A stretch of DNA of 64,000 bases from Candidatus Omnitrophota bacterium (GTDB taxonomy: Bacteria; Omnitrophota; Gorgyraeia; Gygaellales; Profunditerraquicolaceae): assembly GCA_028716965.1 (NCBI GenBank), contig JAQUOV010000009.1:22043-86042 (forward strand), given 5' to 3'. The notes below the pieces were generated by a model. The model had not been told where the DNA came from, did not search any database, and worked only from the letters and a program-made list of their open reading frames with translations. The translations under genes and the position numbers were made by a program. Below are positions 17,821 through 26,294 of the stretch, piece after piece. The first letter of the stretch is position 1. Every line of letters starts with the position of its first letter.

Positions 17821-18612
17821 CTACTTTGAATCCGATATGAAACGCAAAAACCTGGTTACTTCCTTTGTATTTTCCAGATAGTAATCCGCTTCGGAATTAG
17901 CGGGTTTGCCCACAACAACCGTCAACCCCTTGTTTTTTAATGCTTTAAAAGCATCTTCATCGGTAACGTCATCGCCTATGTATACGGGTAGGATCCCGTT
18001 TTTATTCTGCACAAACTTCTGCCTTGCCAAAAGCCACAAAACAACCTTTCCCTTATCCCAGTTCAAGGCAGGCCTTATCTCAAATATCTTCTTCCCCGGC
18101 TTAACCTGGATCTTATTCTTTCCCAAACAGGAAATAACGCTTTCATGAAAAACGCTTTCAATAAAAGCAAGGTGCTCTTTATCAACAAGCCTGAAATGCA
18201 GGACCAGGGATAATTTTTTATCCTCTATAAGAACGCCTTTTATTCCCGAAAGCTTTTCTTTCAGCCTGGCCTTGATACTCTGCAATGTTTCTATATAGCC
18301 GGCAGGCACCGCTAATTCATATTTTAGCTTTGGCCCTTCAATTTGAAAACCGTGTACACCCGAATAAATAATATCATTTAGGCCGACTATCCTCTTCAGG
18401 TCGCCTAAAGACCTTCCGCTGATAATTGCTATCCTGCAGTTATCCTTCTGCGACAGGAGCCTGAGCAATTCTTTTGTTTCCTGGGGGATCTCCACCTTGT
18501 CCGGAGTATTGACAATCGGCGCCAATGTGCCGTCGCAATCAAGAAACAAAAACAGTGATTTGCCCCCGATAGTCTCTTTTATCTTCTTTAAATCATCAAA
18601 AATATAGCGCAT
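17821..18612 (-). CDS. otsB: Trehalose-6-phosphate phosphatase OtsB (HAD family)
   Basis: DCDGTL motif I, SGR motif, and the GDDVTDEDAF motif. Confidence 0.85.
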   Translation of the reverse strand: MRYIFDDLKKIKETIGGKSLFLFLDCDGTLAPIVNTPDKVEIPQETKELLRLLSQKDNCRIAIISGRSLGDLKRIVGLNDIIYSGVHGFQIEGPKLKYELAVPAGYIETLQSIKARLKEKLSGIKGVLIEDKKLSLVLHFRLVDKEHLAFIESVFHESVISCLGKNKIQVKPGKKIFEIRPALNWDKGKVVLWLLARQKFVQNKNGILPVYIGDDVTDEDAFKALKNKGLTVVVGKPANSEADYYLENTKEVTRFLRFISDSK

Positions 18613-18618
18613 CTTCTA

Positions 18619-19674
18619 TCAGGATGCTTTTTCCTGTTCGTAGTTTATCGCCCTTATCGGATAGGGGATATTTATGCCTTCCTGCAAATAGCGCTTATGC
18701 AGCCTCTTGATAAACTCATGCTTGATCAGGTACTGGTCAACAAATTCCTTAGCCCTTAATATTACCGTAAACTTAATGCTGGAATCTCCGAAAGCGTTAT
18801 AGCGGATAAACGGGTCAAAATAGGCCACCCCGCCGCTTACATCCGTCATCACGGATTTTGCCACTTCGCAGGTAATCTTTTCCACTTTTTCCAGGTCGCT
18901 CTTATAATGCACCCCCAGGTCAACTAAAACCGCCATCTCCTTATCCGGCAAATAATAGTTGGTAACAATGATCTTGCTTAATTTATCGTTCGGTATAAGG
19001 ATGAGGTTATTGGGCAACATCTTGATCTTGGTCGAACGCCAATTGATATCAACCACATAGCCTTCTTCGCCGGTTTCCAGTTTAACATAATCTCCTACCC
19101 TTATCTGCTTGGCCACAGTTATATGAAAACCGGCAAACAGGTTTGAGAGGGTATCCTGTAACGCCAAGGCCACTGCCAAGCCCCCCACGCCTAAAGTTGC
19201 CAATACCGGAGTTATGGATATACCTAAACTGTTAAGGATTACCAGCGTGCCGACACAGTAAACAAAGATCCTGGCAATATTCTGGGTAAGAGTGGTGACA
19301 GGCAGGGCAGAATCAATCCGGGAGGCGTAAACTCTTATTACCCCGGACAAAAGGTTTGCTAATGTTAATACTACGGAAATTAAGCCCAGGACAAAGATAC
19401 TCTTGCCCATAACATCCACGATATTGCCTGAAAGATTTGAAAACTGCAACGCAAAATACAAGGCCAGGACCAAACATAAAAACGTAAAAGGGGCCCTCAC
19501 TGCCTGCACAATGACATCATCCAGTTGCGTAGATGTTTTTTTGGCCCAATATGAAAACCGGCTAAAGATTATCTTCTTGACGATAAAGCCTATAGACAAA
19601 ACTACCAAGAAAATGATTAACGGCATGAGTATTTCGGCTAAACCCGCTAATTTTAAAAGTAAATCTTTATTCAT
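18619..19674 (-). CDS. MscS-family mechanosensitive channel
   Basis: 351 aa with 3-4 N-terminal TM helices, a conserved pore helix (…GVGGLAVALALQDTLSNLFAG…) and a C-terminal beta domain. Confidence 0.8.
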   Translation of the reverse strand: MNKDLLLKLAGLAEILMPLIIFLVVLSIGFIVKKIIFSRFSYWAKKTSTQLDDVIVQAVRAPFTFLCLVLALYFALQFSNLSGNIVDVMGKSIFVLGLISVVLTLANLLSGVIRVYASRIDSALPVTTLTQNIARIFVYCVGTLVILNSLGISITPVLATLGVGGLAVALALQDTLSNLFAGFHITVAKQIRVGDYVKLETGEEGYVVDINWRSTKIKMLPNNLILIPNDKLSKIIVTNYYLPDKEMAVLVDLGVHYKSDLEKVEKITCEVAKSVMTDVSGGVAYFDPFIRYNAFGDSSIKFTVILRAKEFVDQYLIKHEFIKRLHKRYLQEGINIPYPIRAINYEQEKAS

Positions 19675-19683
19675 TCATGCCTC

Positions 19684-21981
19684 CTAAGTTATATTCTTTA
19701 AAGCAACCAGCTCGTTAATGATATTAGCGGCCCAGCGGTAAATATTATTTTCAGCTATAACCTTTCGCATATTTTCCATACGCCTCTGCTTTTCTTCTTT
19801 CGGCATCTCGATCGCAAGTTTTATGCTGTCCGCAAACTCCTCGATAGAATAGGGGTTGACTAAGATGGCATCGGTAAGCTCACGGGAGGCGCCGGTAAAC
19901 TGGCTTAAGATCAGGGCCCCGGATAAATCATCCTTCTCTGCCACATATTCTTTAGCCACCAGGTTCATCCCATCATGCAGGGAACTGACAATACAAATAT
20001 CACCAAGCTTATAATAAGGATGGATGTCATCCTGGGAAAAATGTTTTTTAAGGTAGATTATCGGCTTCCAATTCCCGTCTATATGCTTCCAGTTAATCCT
20101 CTCCACCAGCTCGTCAATCTCCCCGCTTAAATCATGGTAACGTTTGATATGCGTACGGCTTGGAGCGGCCAACTGCATAAACACAAATTTCTTTTTATAT
20201 TCAGGATACTTCTCCAGAAACCTGTCTATAGCCAAGATCCTCTCGACTATTCCCTTAGTGTAATCAATCCTGTCTACGCCCACAGCAATAATCTCATCCT
20301 TGAGCTCAAACTCTTTCTTCAGCTTTTCCACCTGCCTTATCGGGTCAACCTTAAATGAACCATCATCAATATGGGCTTTAATGCTTATGGGGAAAGCCCT
20401 GATAAAAGTCTCTTTCCCTAAACGCACGACACTGAATTTCTCTGTGTCTACGCGTGATTCAAGCAGGCGGTTGGCAGTATCAAGAAAATTATTACAATGA
20501 TTTTGTACATGAAAACCGATCAAATCGCATCCCAGCATACCTTCCAGGATTTCATTTTGGTAGGGGCAGATCATAAAAGCCTCCGGAGTAGGCCAGGGGA
20601 TGTGCCAGAATAAGGCAATTTTTGCATCCGGGCGCTTATCTTTTATCATCTTCGGCAAGAGAGTAAAATGATAATCCTGCACAAATATAAAAGGGCTGCT
20701 TGCCGGCAGCTCCTCCAAAACACTATCGGCAAACTTCTGGTTTACTTCCTTATACATGCGCCAGTCAAACTCCCTGAAAACAGGGCGAGTATGCGTATTA
20801 TGGCATAAAGGCCACAGGCCTTCATTTGAGAAACCGTAATAATACCCCTGCTCCTCCTCTTTATTCAACCAAACCCTTTTCAGGATATAGCGGTTATCTT
20901 CCGGCGGCACGCCAAGCTTATCTTTAGAATTAACGAATTTCCTGTCGAAGTTGCCGCTGCCGCTAGCAACCCATGTGCCGCCGCAGGCGGAAAGTATGGG
21001 ATGGAGTGCAGTAACCACTCCGCTTGCCGGCCTTATGCATATAGGCTTGCTCGTGCTCTCATCAAAAATATGCATATACGGCTCCCTGTTGGAAACAACG
21101 AATAATGAATTATCTCCCAACTTTGCGTGGATGAGGTCTTTGAGCTTGGATTCTGTCCAAAGCTCCTCCTTCTGCAGGCGTACATGTGCTTCATCGGATA
21201 TGGTACGGCGGGCCACCCTTATGCTTAAAGCTACCTGCTCTACTTCACTAATAAGCTTTCCAAATTCCCCTTTTTCTTGAAAAGGCTGTAATTTATCAAT
21301 CTCCCCTCTCTGGAAATGCTTAAACCATTGGGTCAGGCGGCGCACGGGAACGATAAAAATCTGCCTCTGGATTAACAGGGCGATCAAGACGATCAACAAA
21401 ATAAGCGTTATGGAGGTTACGCTTATTTTCCTCCATAATTCAGTTAAGGTAGCAAACATGTAAGAGGTATCATAAATTACCTCCACCATCCCTAATACGT
21501 TTCCTTCATCATCCAGAACGGGCAAAATATAACTATATACGGAATATTCTTTAAATTTCTCCAAAGCTCCGCGGGGCTTCTTCAAAGACAGGATATCCTT
21601 AAGATAGGGCCTGTCTCTCTGTTTAAAGTCAGAAAAACGTTCGGTAATAGCTAATATCTGACCGTCCTTATCATAAATGACGCAGCCCTGCAGCCTTTCC
21701 CTTTTCTGGAAACTATCGACTAAACGGTTGGCTTGCTTTAAATCGTTATTAATAAGTATATATTTGGCGGATAATTCCAGGCTTTCATCCACAGACCTGG
21801 CTTTTCTTTTCAGATCATCCATCAGCTTGTCTTCGGTAAAACGGGCCTGCATAATACCCGAGATAGCGAATCCAAGCGCAACCAGGATTAATATCGGAAG
21901 GATAAAAAGAAGGATTCTTTTCATTAATTGATCTCCAAAAAACAGCCACCTGATTATTAAATCAGATGGCGGCCCAACCAT
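19684..21981 (-). CDS. otsA: Sensor-fused trehalose-6-phosphate synthase: TM, Cache-like periplasmic domain, TM, HAMP, OtsA (GT20)
   Basis: The C-terminal 480 aa or so carries GT20 OtsA motifs (LWPLCH, FWHIPWP, DLIGFH, VDRIDYTKG, SLHDGMNLVAKEY). The N-terminal 280 aa has two TM helices flanking a Cache-like segment (YSYILPVLDDEGNVLGMVEVIYD) and a HAMP-like helix. The likely true start is the Met at about 21924 (GGAG RBS, MKRILLFILPILIL). The first 19 codons of the track ORF are probably not translated. Confidence 0.85.
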   Translation of the reverse strand: MVGPPSDLIIRWLFFGDQLMKRILLFILPILILVALGFAISGIMQARFTEDKLMDDLKRKARSVDESLELSAKYILINNDLKQANRLVDSFQKRERLQGCVIYDKDGQILAITERFSDFKQRDRPYLKDILSLKKPRGALEKFKEYSVYSYILPVLDDEGNVLGMVEVIYDTSYMFATLTELWRKISVTSITLILLIVLIALLIQRQIFIVPVRRLTQWFKHFQRGEIDKLQPFQEKGEFGKLISEVEQVALSIRVARRTISDEAHVRLQKEELWTESKLKDLIHAKLGDNSLFVVSNREPYMHIFDESTSKPICIRPASGVVTALHPILSACGGTWVASGSGNFDRKFVNSKDKLGVPPEDNRYILKRVWLNKEEEQGYYYGFSNEGLWPLCHNTHTRPVFREFDWRMYKEVNQKFADSVLEELPASSPFIFVQDYHFTLLPKMIKDKRPDAKIALFWHIPWPTPEAFMICPYQNEILEGMLGCDLIGFHVQNHCNNFLDTANRLLESRVDTEKFSVVRLGKETFIRAFPISIKAHIDDGSFKVDPIRQVEKLKKEFELKDEIIAVGVDRIDYTKGIVERILAIDRFLEKYPEYKKKFVFMQLAAPSRTHIKRYHDLSGEIDELVERINWKHIDGNWKPIIYLKKHFSQDDIHPYYKLGDICIVSSLHDGMNLVAKEYVAEKDDLSGALILSQFTGASRELTDAILVNPYSIEEFADSIKLAIEMPKEEKQRRMENMRKVIAENNIYRWAANIINELVALKNIT

Positions 21982-22099
21982 CTTAAAAATTACCTCCGGA
22001 GACTATAGGCTATCTCCAGACCGCTTATTAATCTGTATTTATTATACTACTTTCAATTAATACCTCAAGAGGTATCTTGGATTATAGGTAATTACAGTA

Positions 22100-23137
22100 T
22101 CAAATCGATCCGGCCTTATTCATTTCAATACGTATCCGCGGCAGGCTCTCCGGAAAACGCTGCTGTAAAAACTCAAGCAATTTTTCCCTGACTTCGCAAC
22201 GCAGATCCCACATGGTAGGAGAATCCCCCGCGCTCATCAAGGCGCGCAGCTCAACTGTTTTATCAGTGGCGTTGGTAACCTGCAGCACATTTACCTTTTT
22301 ATCCCATTTCGGGCTGTTCTCCAGGATGCGCGTTAATTCATTACGCACTTCTTTGACTGGAACGCTATAGTCGGTATAAATAAAAACCGTCCCCAGTAAA
22401 TCCGCCGAAGTGCGCGTCCAATTCTGGAATGGCTTTTCAAGGAAATACGATATCGGCACCACCAGGCGCCGCAGGTCCCATATCCGCACTACCACAAAAG
22501 TCAAAGTGATCTCCTCAATCCACCCCCATTCATCCTCTATAATTACCACATCATCCAGACGGATTGGCTGGGCTATGGCTATCTGGATACCGGCGATAAA
22601 ATTACCCAGTGTCTTCTGGGCAGCAAAACCTATAACTATACCGACAACCCCCGCGGAAGCCAATATGCTCACGCCTATATGCTTGACCTGCGGGAAGCTT
22701 ATCAAGATAAAAGAAATAGTCAGCAAGACTATGACCACGACTAAGATATTTGATATCACGCGCATCTGCGTATGCATGCTGCGGGCACGTATATTGTCAG
22801 GCGTATTTATATTGTAACGCTTAAGAAGCGCATCGCGAAAGATGTAAACAACCTTAATGACAAGCCAACCAAACAACGCAATAAACAAAAGATGCATAAA
22901 GTTAGCGATAAATAAACGTGTCTTCGCCGGTATCTTCAATAGAGGCAAAACTGCTGAAACGCAGAAAGCGGGCATTAAAAAACGCAACGGGCTTTTAAGC
23001 AACGCCAGGTTAACTTCAAGCAATTTTGAAGACAGGCTACCTCTCCGCTTGATGAGAAATACGGCAATTAGATAAAATACCCAACCGAGAATAAAACCGG
23101 AGGCTATTAAAATACCAGAAAACATATAATCATCCAT
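22100..23137 (-). CDS. MscS-family mechanosensitive channel (second copy)
   Basis: 345 aa with a conserved MscS pore region (…VGIVIGFAAQKTLGNFIAGIQIAIAQPIRLDD…). Confidence 0.75.
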   Translation of the reverse strand: MDDYMFSGILIASGFILGWVFYLIAVFLIKRRGSLSSKLLEVNLALLKSPLRFLMPAFCVSAVLPLLKIPAKTRLFIANFMHLLFIALFGWLVIKVVYIFRDALLKRYNINTPDNIRARSMHTQMRVISNILVVVIVLLTISFILISFPQVKHIGVSILASAGVVGIVIGFAAQKTLGNFIAGIQIAIAQPIRLDDVVIIEDEWGWIEEITLTFVVVRIWDLRRLVVPISYFLEKPFQNWTRTSADLLGTVFIYTDYSVPVKEVRNELTRILENSPKWDKKVNVLQVTNATDKTVELRALMSAGDSPTMWDLRCEVREKLLEFLQQRFPESLPRIRIEMNKAGSI

Positions 23138-23154
23138 GATCTTAAATCCTTTCC

Positions 23155-24495
23155 TTATTTACCTATAGCGGTTATTTTACCAGGGGGCATCCGGCGGACG
23201 GAAAGGTTATTTTCCCGCCCGCTATATTTTACCAGCCGCCTTGATTTAGGTTTGGAAGAAGAGTGGGAAAAGAACCTAAAGTTGGTCCAGTATTCTACTC
23301 CCGGCTTAAAACGTGATAAACCTGCCACTTGCTGGGCCTTAAACAATAGTATGCTGACAAATAAAATAAAAACCGGCAGGATAAACAGCAGGCGCCTGAA
23401 CAGAAATCGCCCTTCCTGCTTCAACCCGATTATGCAGGGGAAAATACCAAAGAGCATTACCACGCCTATGCCTCCGACAAAATCAAGCGCGCTAAGGAAT
23501 ATATTCGGATAGATGAGGGCAATGACCAAAGGAGGCATGAAAGAAAGAGCCATGGTCAACCTCCTGTCCTTTAGCTTAATAAAATTTACTGTAATGTCAT
23601 CGATAAAATCCATCGTGGTATTGCCGAAAGATAAGTAGGAAGTGATAATAGCCATGAGGGCGAAAAAAAGCGAGAGAGGATAGAATAAGCGTATCTTTAT
23701 TGCCTGGGCCAAAGGCACGGTGGCCGGCAGATTATTAGAAAGCGCGTTTGTAATACCGTTATTGCCCGATAGCGGCAATACCCCGATGCCGACCTGTATC
23801 CATAATGAATTCATGATAAAACCGATAAGCGTACCGATAGATATGGCCAAGAATACCCTCTTAAAATTCCAATCCAAATGTTTGCAGACAGTCGGTATGA
23901 TATTGTGAAAATTCGCCGCCATTACGATAATCGGAAGCGCTGCCGGCAGCATTGCCCAATCAACGTGCTGGAAACGCTGGGGGACTACGTATCTTTCACC
24001 CATTAAGACGATAGCTATAAAAGAAAGCAGTAATAACCCCACAAATAAAGCATTACATTTAAGAAGCGCCCTGGGGTTAGCTATAGTGATCGCTGTCACA
24101 GGCAGGAAGAATAATAATATGACTAATTCCCTGGAAATATGTATATTCGTAAACCTGACGATAATAGCAGTGGCGCCGGTAATATATACTACCAGCGAAC
24201 CATAAAGGATGATCAGGTTAGCCAGAGTAGCTATCCATTGCCCGCAGGGACCGAAATACTGCCGATACATGCTCGGATAATGGAATACTTCCTGGTGCGT
24301 CCTTACCGCCTCTTTCCCCAGTATGAAAGCGGTCAAAAACATAGCGCAGCTTATTGCAAAAGTCCCAACCAGGGAAGGCAACAGCCCTGCGGGACCGGTC
24401 TTGATAGGAAGCCCTAAAATCCCTGCGCCTATAAGATTACCCGTTATAAAACAAGTAACCATTATTACGAGGGAAAAGGAAATTTTTTTATTCAT
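23155..24495 (-). CDS. Amino-acid permease of the HAAAP (Trp/Tyr/Ser permease) type
   Basis: 446 aa with 11 TM helices. The N-terminal GNLIGAGILGLP motif is typical of TnaB/Mtr/TyrP-type permeases. It has an unusual basic C-terminal tail. Confidence 0.65.
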   Translation of the reverse strand: MNKKISFSLVIMVTCFITGNLIGAGILGLPIKTGPAGLLPSLVGTFAISCAMFLTAFILGKEAVRTHQEVFHYPSMYRQYFGPCGQWIATLANLIILYGSLVVYITGATAIIVRFTNIHISRELVILLFFLPVTAITIANPRALLKCNALFVGLLLLSFIAIVLMGERYVVPQRFQHVDWAMLPAALPIIVMAANFHNIIPTVCKHLDWNFKRVFLAISIGTLIGFIMNSLWIQVGIGVLPLSGNNGITNALSNNLPATVPLAQAIKIRLFYPLSLFFALMAIITSYLSFGNTTMDFIDDITVNFIKLKDRRLTMALSFMPPLVIALIYPNIFLSALDFVGGIGVVMLFGIFPCIIGLKQEGRFLFRRLLFILPVFILFVSILLFKAQQVAGLSRFKPGVEYWTNFRFFSHSSSKPKSRRLVKYSGRENNLSVRRMPPGKITAIGK

Positions 24496-25195
24496 TTATA
24501 ACAGGGTCATGCCTGGCTGCCGAGAATATCCTGCTGATAGCGTCCTCCTTGGCATAGCAGATTAACTCATCGTCTACCTTAAGGACAACATCTCCATGCG
24601 GAGCGCCGATGAATACTGTTTTTTTGCCTTCTTTACGATAAATAGCTAAAATAAGCACCCCTTCCAGCTACATCTTTAAGTCTTTTATTGACTTCTCACT
24701 GCAGGGGTTATCCTTTTTTACGGTAATCTTTGCTATCGCGTAGCCCTCTCCTAAGCCAAACAACTGCTCGTAATCATAAATGCGCAAGGTCGTCCATTTT
24801 TCAAGTGCCTTGGTAATCACAACCTTCATCACATTGTAAATATATTTTGAGCGGGCAAGGATAAAAATACACAACAGCCCTGATAATAATACTTCTCCTC
24901 TTACAAGAACGCTCTTGCCTGTCAAGCCTACGAATGCCAATACGAGCGTTGCGATGGCAGTAGTCACTCCTGCGCTGCCCCAAAGAATAAGGATTTTTAT
25001 AATACGCCTGCGCACGGGATGCGTAACAATAGCCTCGGATTCAACGGTAGTAAAACCAGCCCCCGAGAACGCCGACTGAGCCTGGAAAGAAGCTATTTCG
25101 GAAGATAAACCGGTAAGCTCTAAAGCAATAGCGCCTATCCTGACTACGATAATTGAGAGTATAATAATTATTAGTAAACTAAATAAAGCGATCAT
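24488..25195 (-). pseudogene. Membrane protein with C-terminal RCK_C (TrkA-C) domain interrupted by an in-frame TAG (24668-24670)
   Basis: The track ORF 24668-25195 ends …YDYEQLFGLGEGYAIAKITVKKDNPCSEKSIKDLKM then TAG. The same frame continues LEGVLILAIYRKEGKKTVFIGAPHGDVVLKVDDELICYAKEDAISRIF…, completing a canonical RCK_C domain. The final stop overlaps the ATG of the downstream permease (ATGAATAA). Confidence 0.55.
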
Positions 25196-25292
25196 TTTCC
25201 CCGCTTTCTTCCGTTACTCAACCGCAAAATAGCCGAATGCCTGCTGAATCCTGCCCTTCTTATCCACAGGCTTTTGTTATGACACTGCTTGA

Positions 25293-26294
25293 TCAATTGA
25301 GTAATGCCTCCACAGAGGATAAGATTTGCAGGATCGATTTCTTCTTATTAGGAATATAGCAGCCCGCTATATCAAAATGCCCTCCGCCTTTGTATTCCTG
25401 CGCAACCTTGCCTATATTAATATCGCCTTTGGACCTTAAGCTTACTCTTAATGTCTTGCTATCCTTTTCCCTGAATAATACCGCGATCTCAATCCTCTTC
25501 ATGGAATTCATTTCGTTTGCTATCGGGTCAGCATCATAAACTTTTCCCCCGACCATGGCAATGTCCCTGCTCCTTAGCATTGACCAGATGATCCTTCCTT
25601 TTTTCAGGAATTTAGCCCTCAATAAAGAAATAGCCAATAGCATCATACTTTCTTTTGTCCTTGAACCATAAACCTTATCTACCAGTTGAGAAAAATTTAT
25701 CCCCTCTTTCAACAGTTGCGCGCATATTTTAAAGGTAACAGGCCTGATCTGCGTCAATTTGAATAAATTAGTTTCCACAATTACCGAAGTAAGAAGATTT
25801 TCGGCTATCTCCCGGTTTATTTTAATATTTAATTTTCTTAAAAGAAAGAACACCAATTCACCCACGGCAACTGCCTTGTAATCGACAATCTGCATATCGC
25901 CGAAAGGTACTCTGAATTCATGATGGTCTATCTCAAGTACGGATTTTGCTTTTTTGAATACCGGGATATTCTTACCCAAAAGACCGATAATACTGCAATC
26001 AACGGCTATTGCCAAATCCACTCTCTTCCTTGTTGTCCTGACTATACGCTCTGCGCCGGGCAGAGACCTGTAGCTTGGAGGTATTTCGTCCTGGCATAGC
26101 ATATATACCTTCTTGCCAAGGCCGCTCAAAGCCAGCCCCAGCGCCAGAAGCGAACCTATTGAATCGCCGTCCGGATAGACGTGGCCGGAGATAGCTATGC
26201 TATTTGCCTTCAGTATCTTCTGCCGGATATTTTTAAAACCCTTCATATGCTTTTTCGGCGTTTCGCCAGGCTGTTTATATCTTTTCAACCTCAA
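25293..26294 (-). CDS. DHH/DHHA1 phosphoesterase (NrnA/DhhP-like; candidate c-di-AMP and nanoRNA phosphodiesterase)
   Basis: DHH motifs (ISGHVYPDGDSIGS, DHH in EIDHHEF) and a DHHA1 GGGH motif. It overlaps the cdaA fusion gene by about 20 nt, and an internal Met may be the true start. Confidence 0.8.
   Translation of the reverse strand: MRLKRYKQPGETPKKHMKGFKNIRQKILKANSIAISGHVYPDGDSIGSLLALGLALSGLGKKVYMLCQDEIPPSYRSLPGAERIVRTTRKRVDLAIAVDCSIIGLLGKNIPVFKKAKSVLEIDHHEFRVPFGDMQIVDYKAVAVGELVFFLLRKLNIKINREIAENLLTSVIVETNLFKLTQIRPVTFKICAQLLKEGINFSQLVDKVYGSRTKESMMLLAISLLRAKFLKKGRIIWSMLRSRDIAMVGGKVYDADPIANEMNSMKRIEIAVLFREKDSKTLRVSLRSKGDINIGKVAQEYKGGGHFDIAGCYIPNKKKSILQILSSVEALLN

Noticed and set aside
21925-22099. 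Hairpins (ATACCTC/GAGGTAT and GGAGA/TCTCC) between the second mscS gene and otsA as terminators
   Set aside because: Stems are short (5-7 bp) and lack a following U-tract. A sigma70 promoter match in the same region is also weak, so I left it unannotated.
24323-24565. Plus-strand 80-aa ORF in the apparent gap between the amino-acid permease and the RCK_C gene
   Set aside because: The gap is actually the in-frame continuation (RCK_C domain completion) of the minus-strand gene after its TAG. The plus-strand ORF is its shadow.
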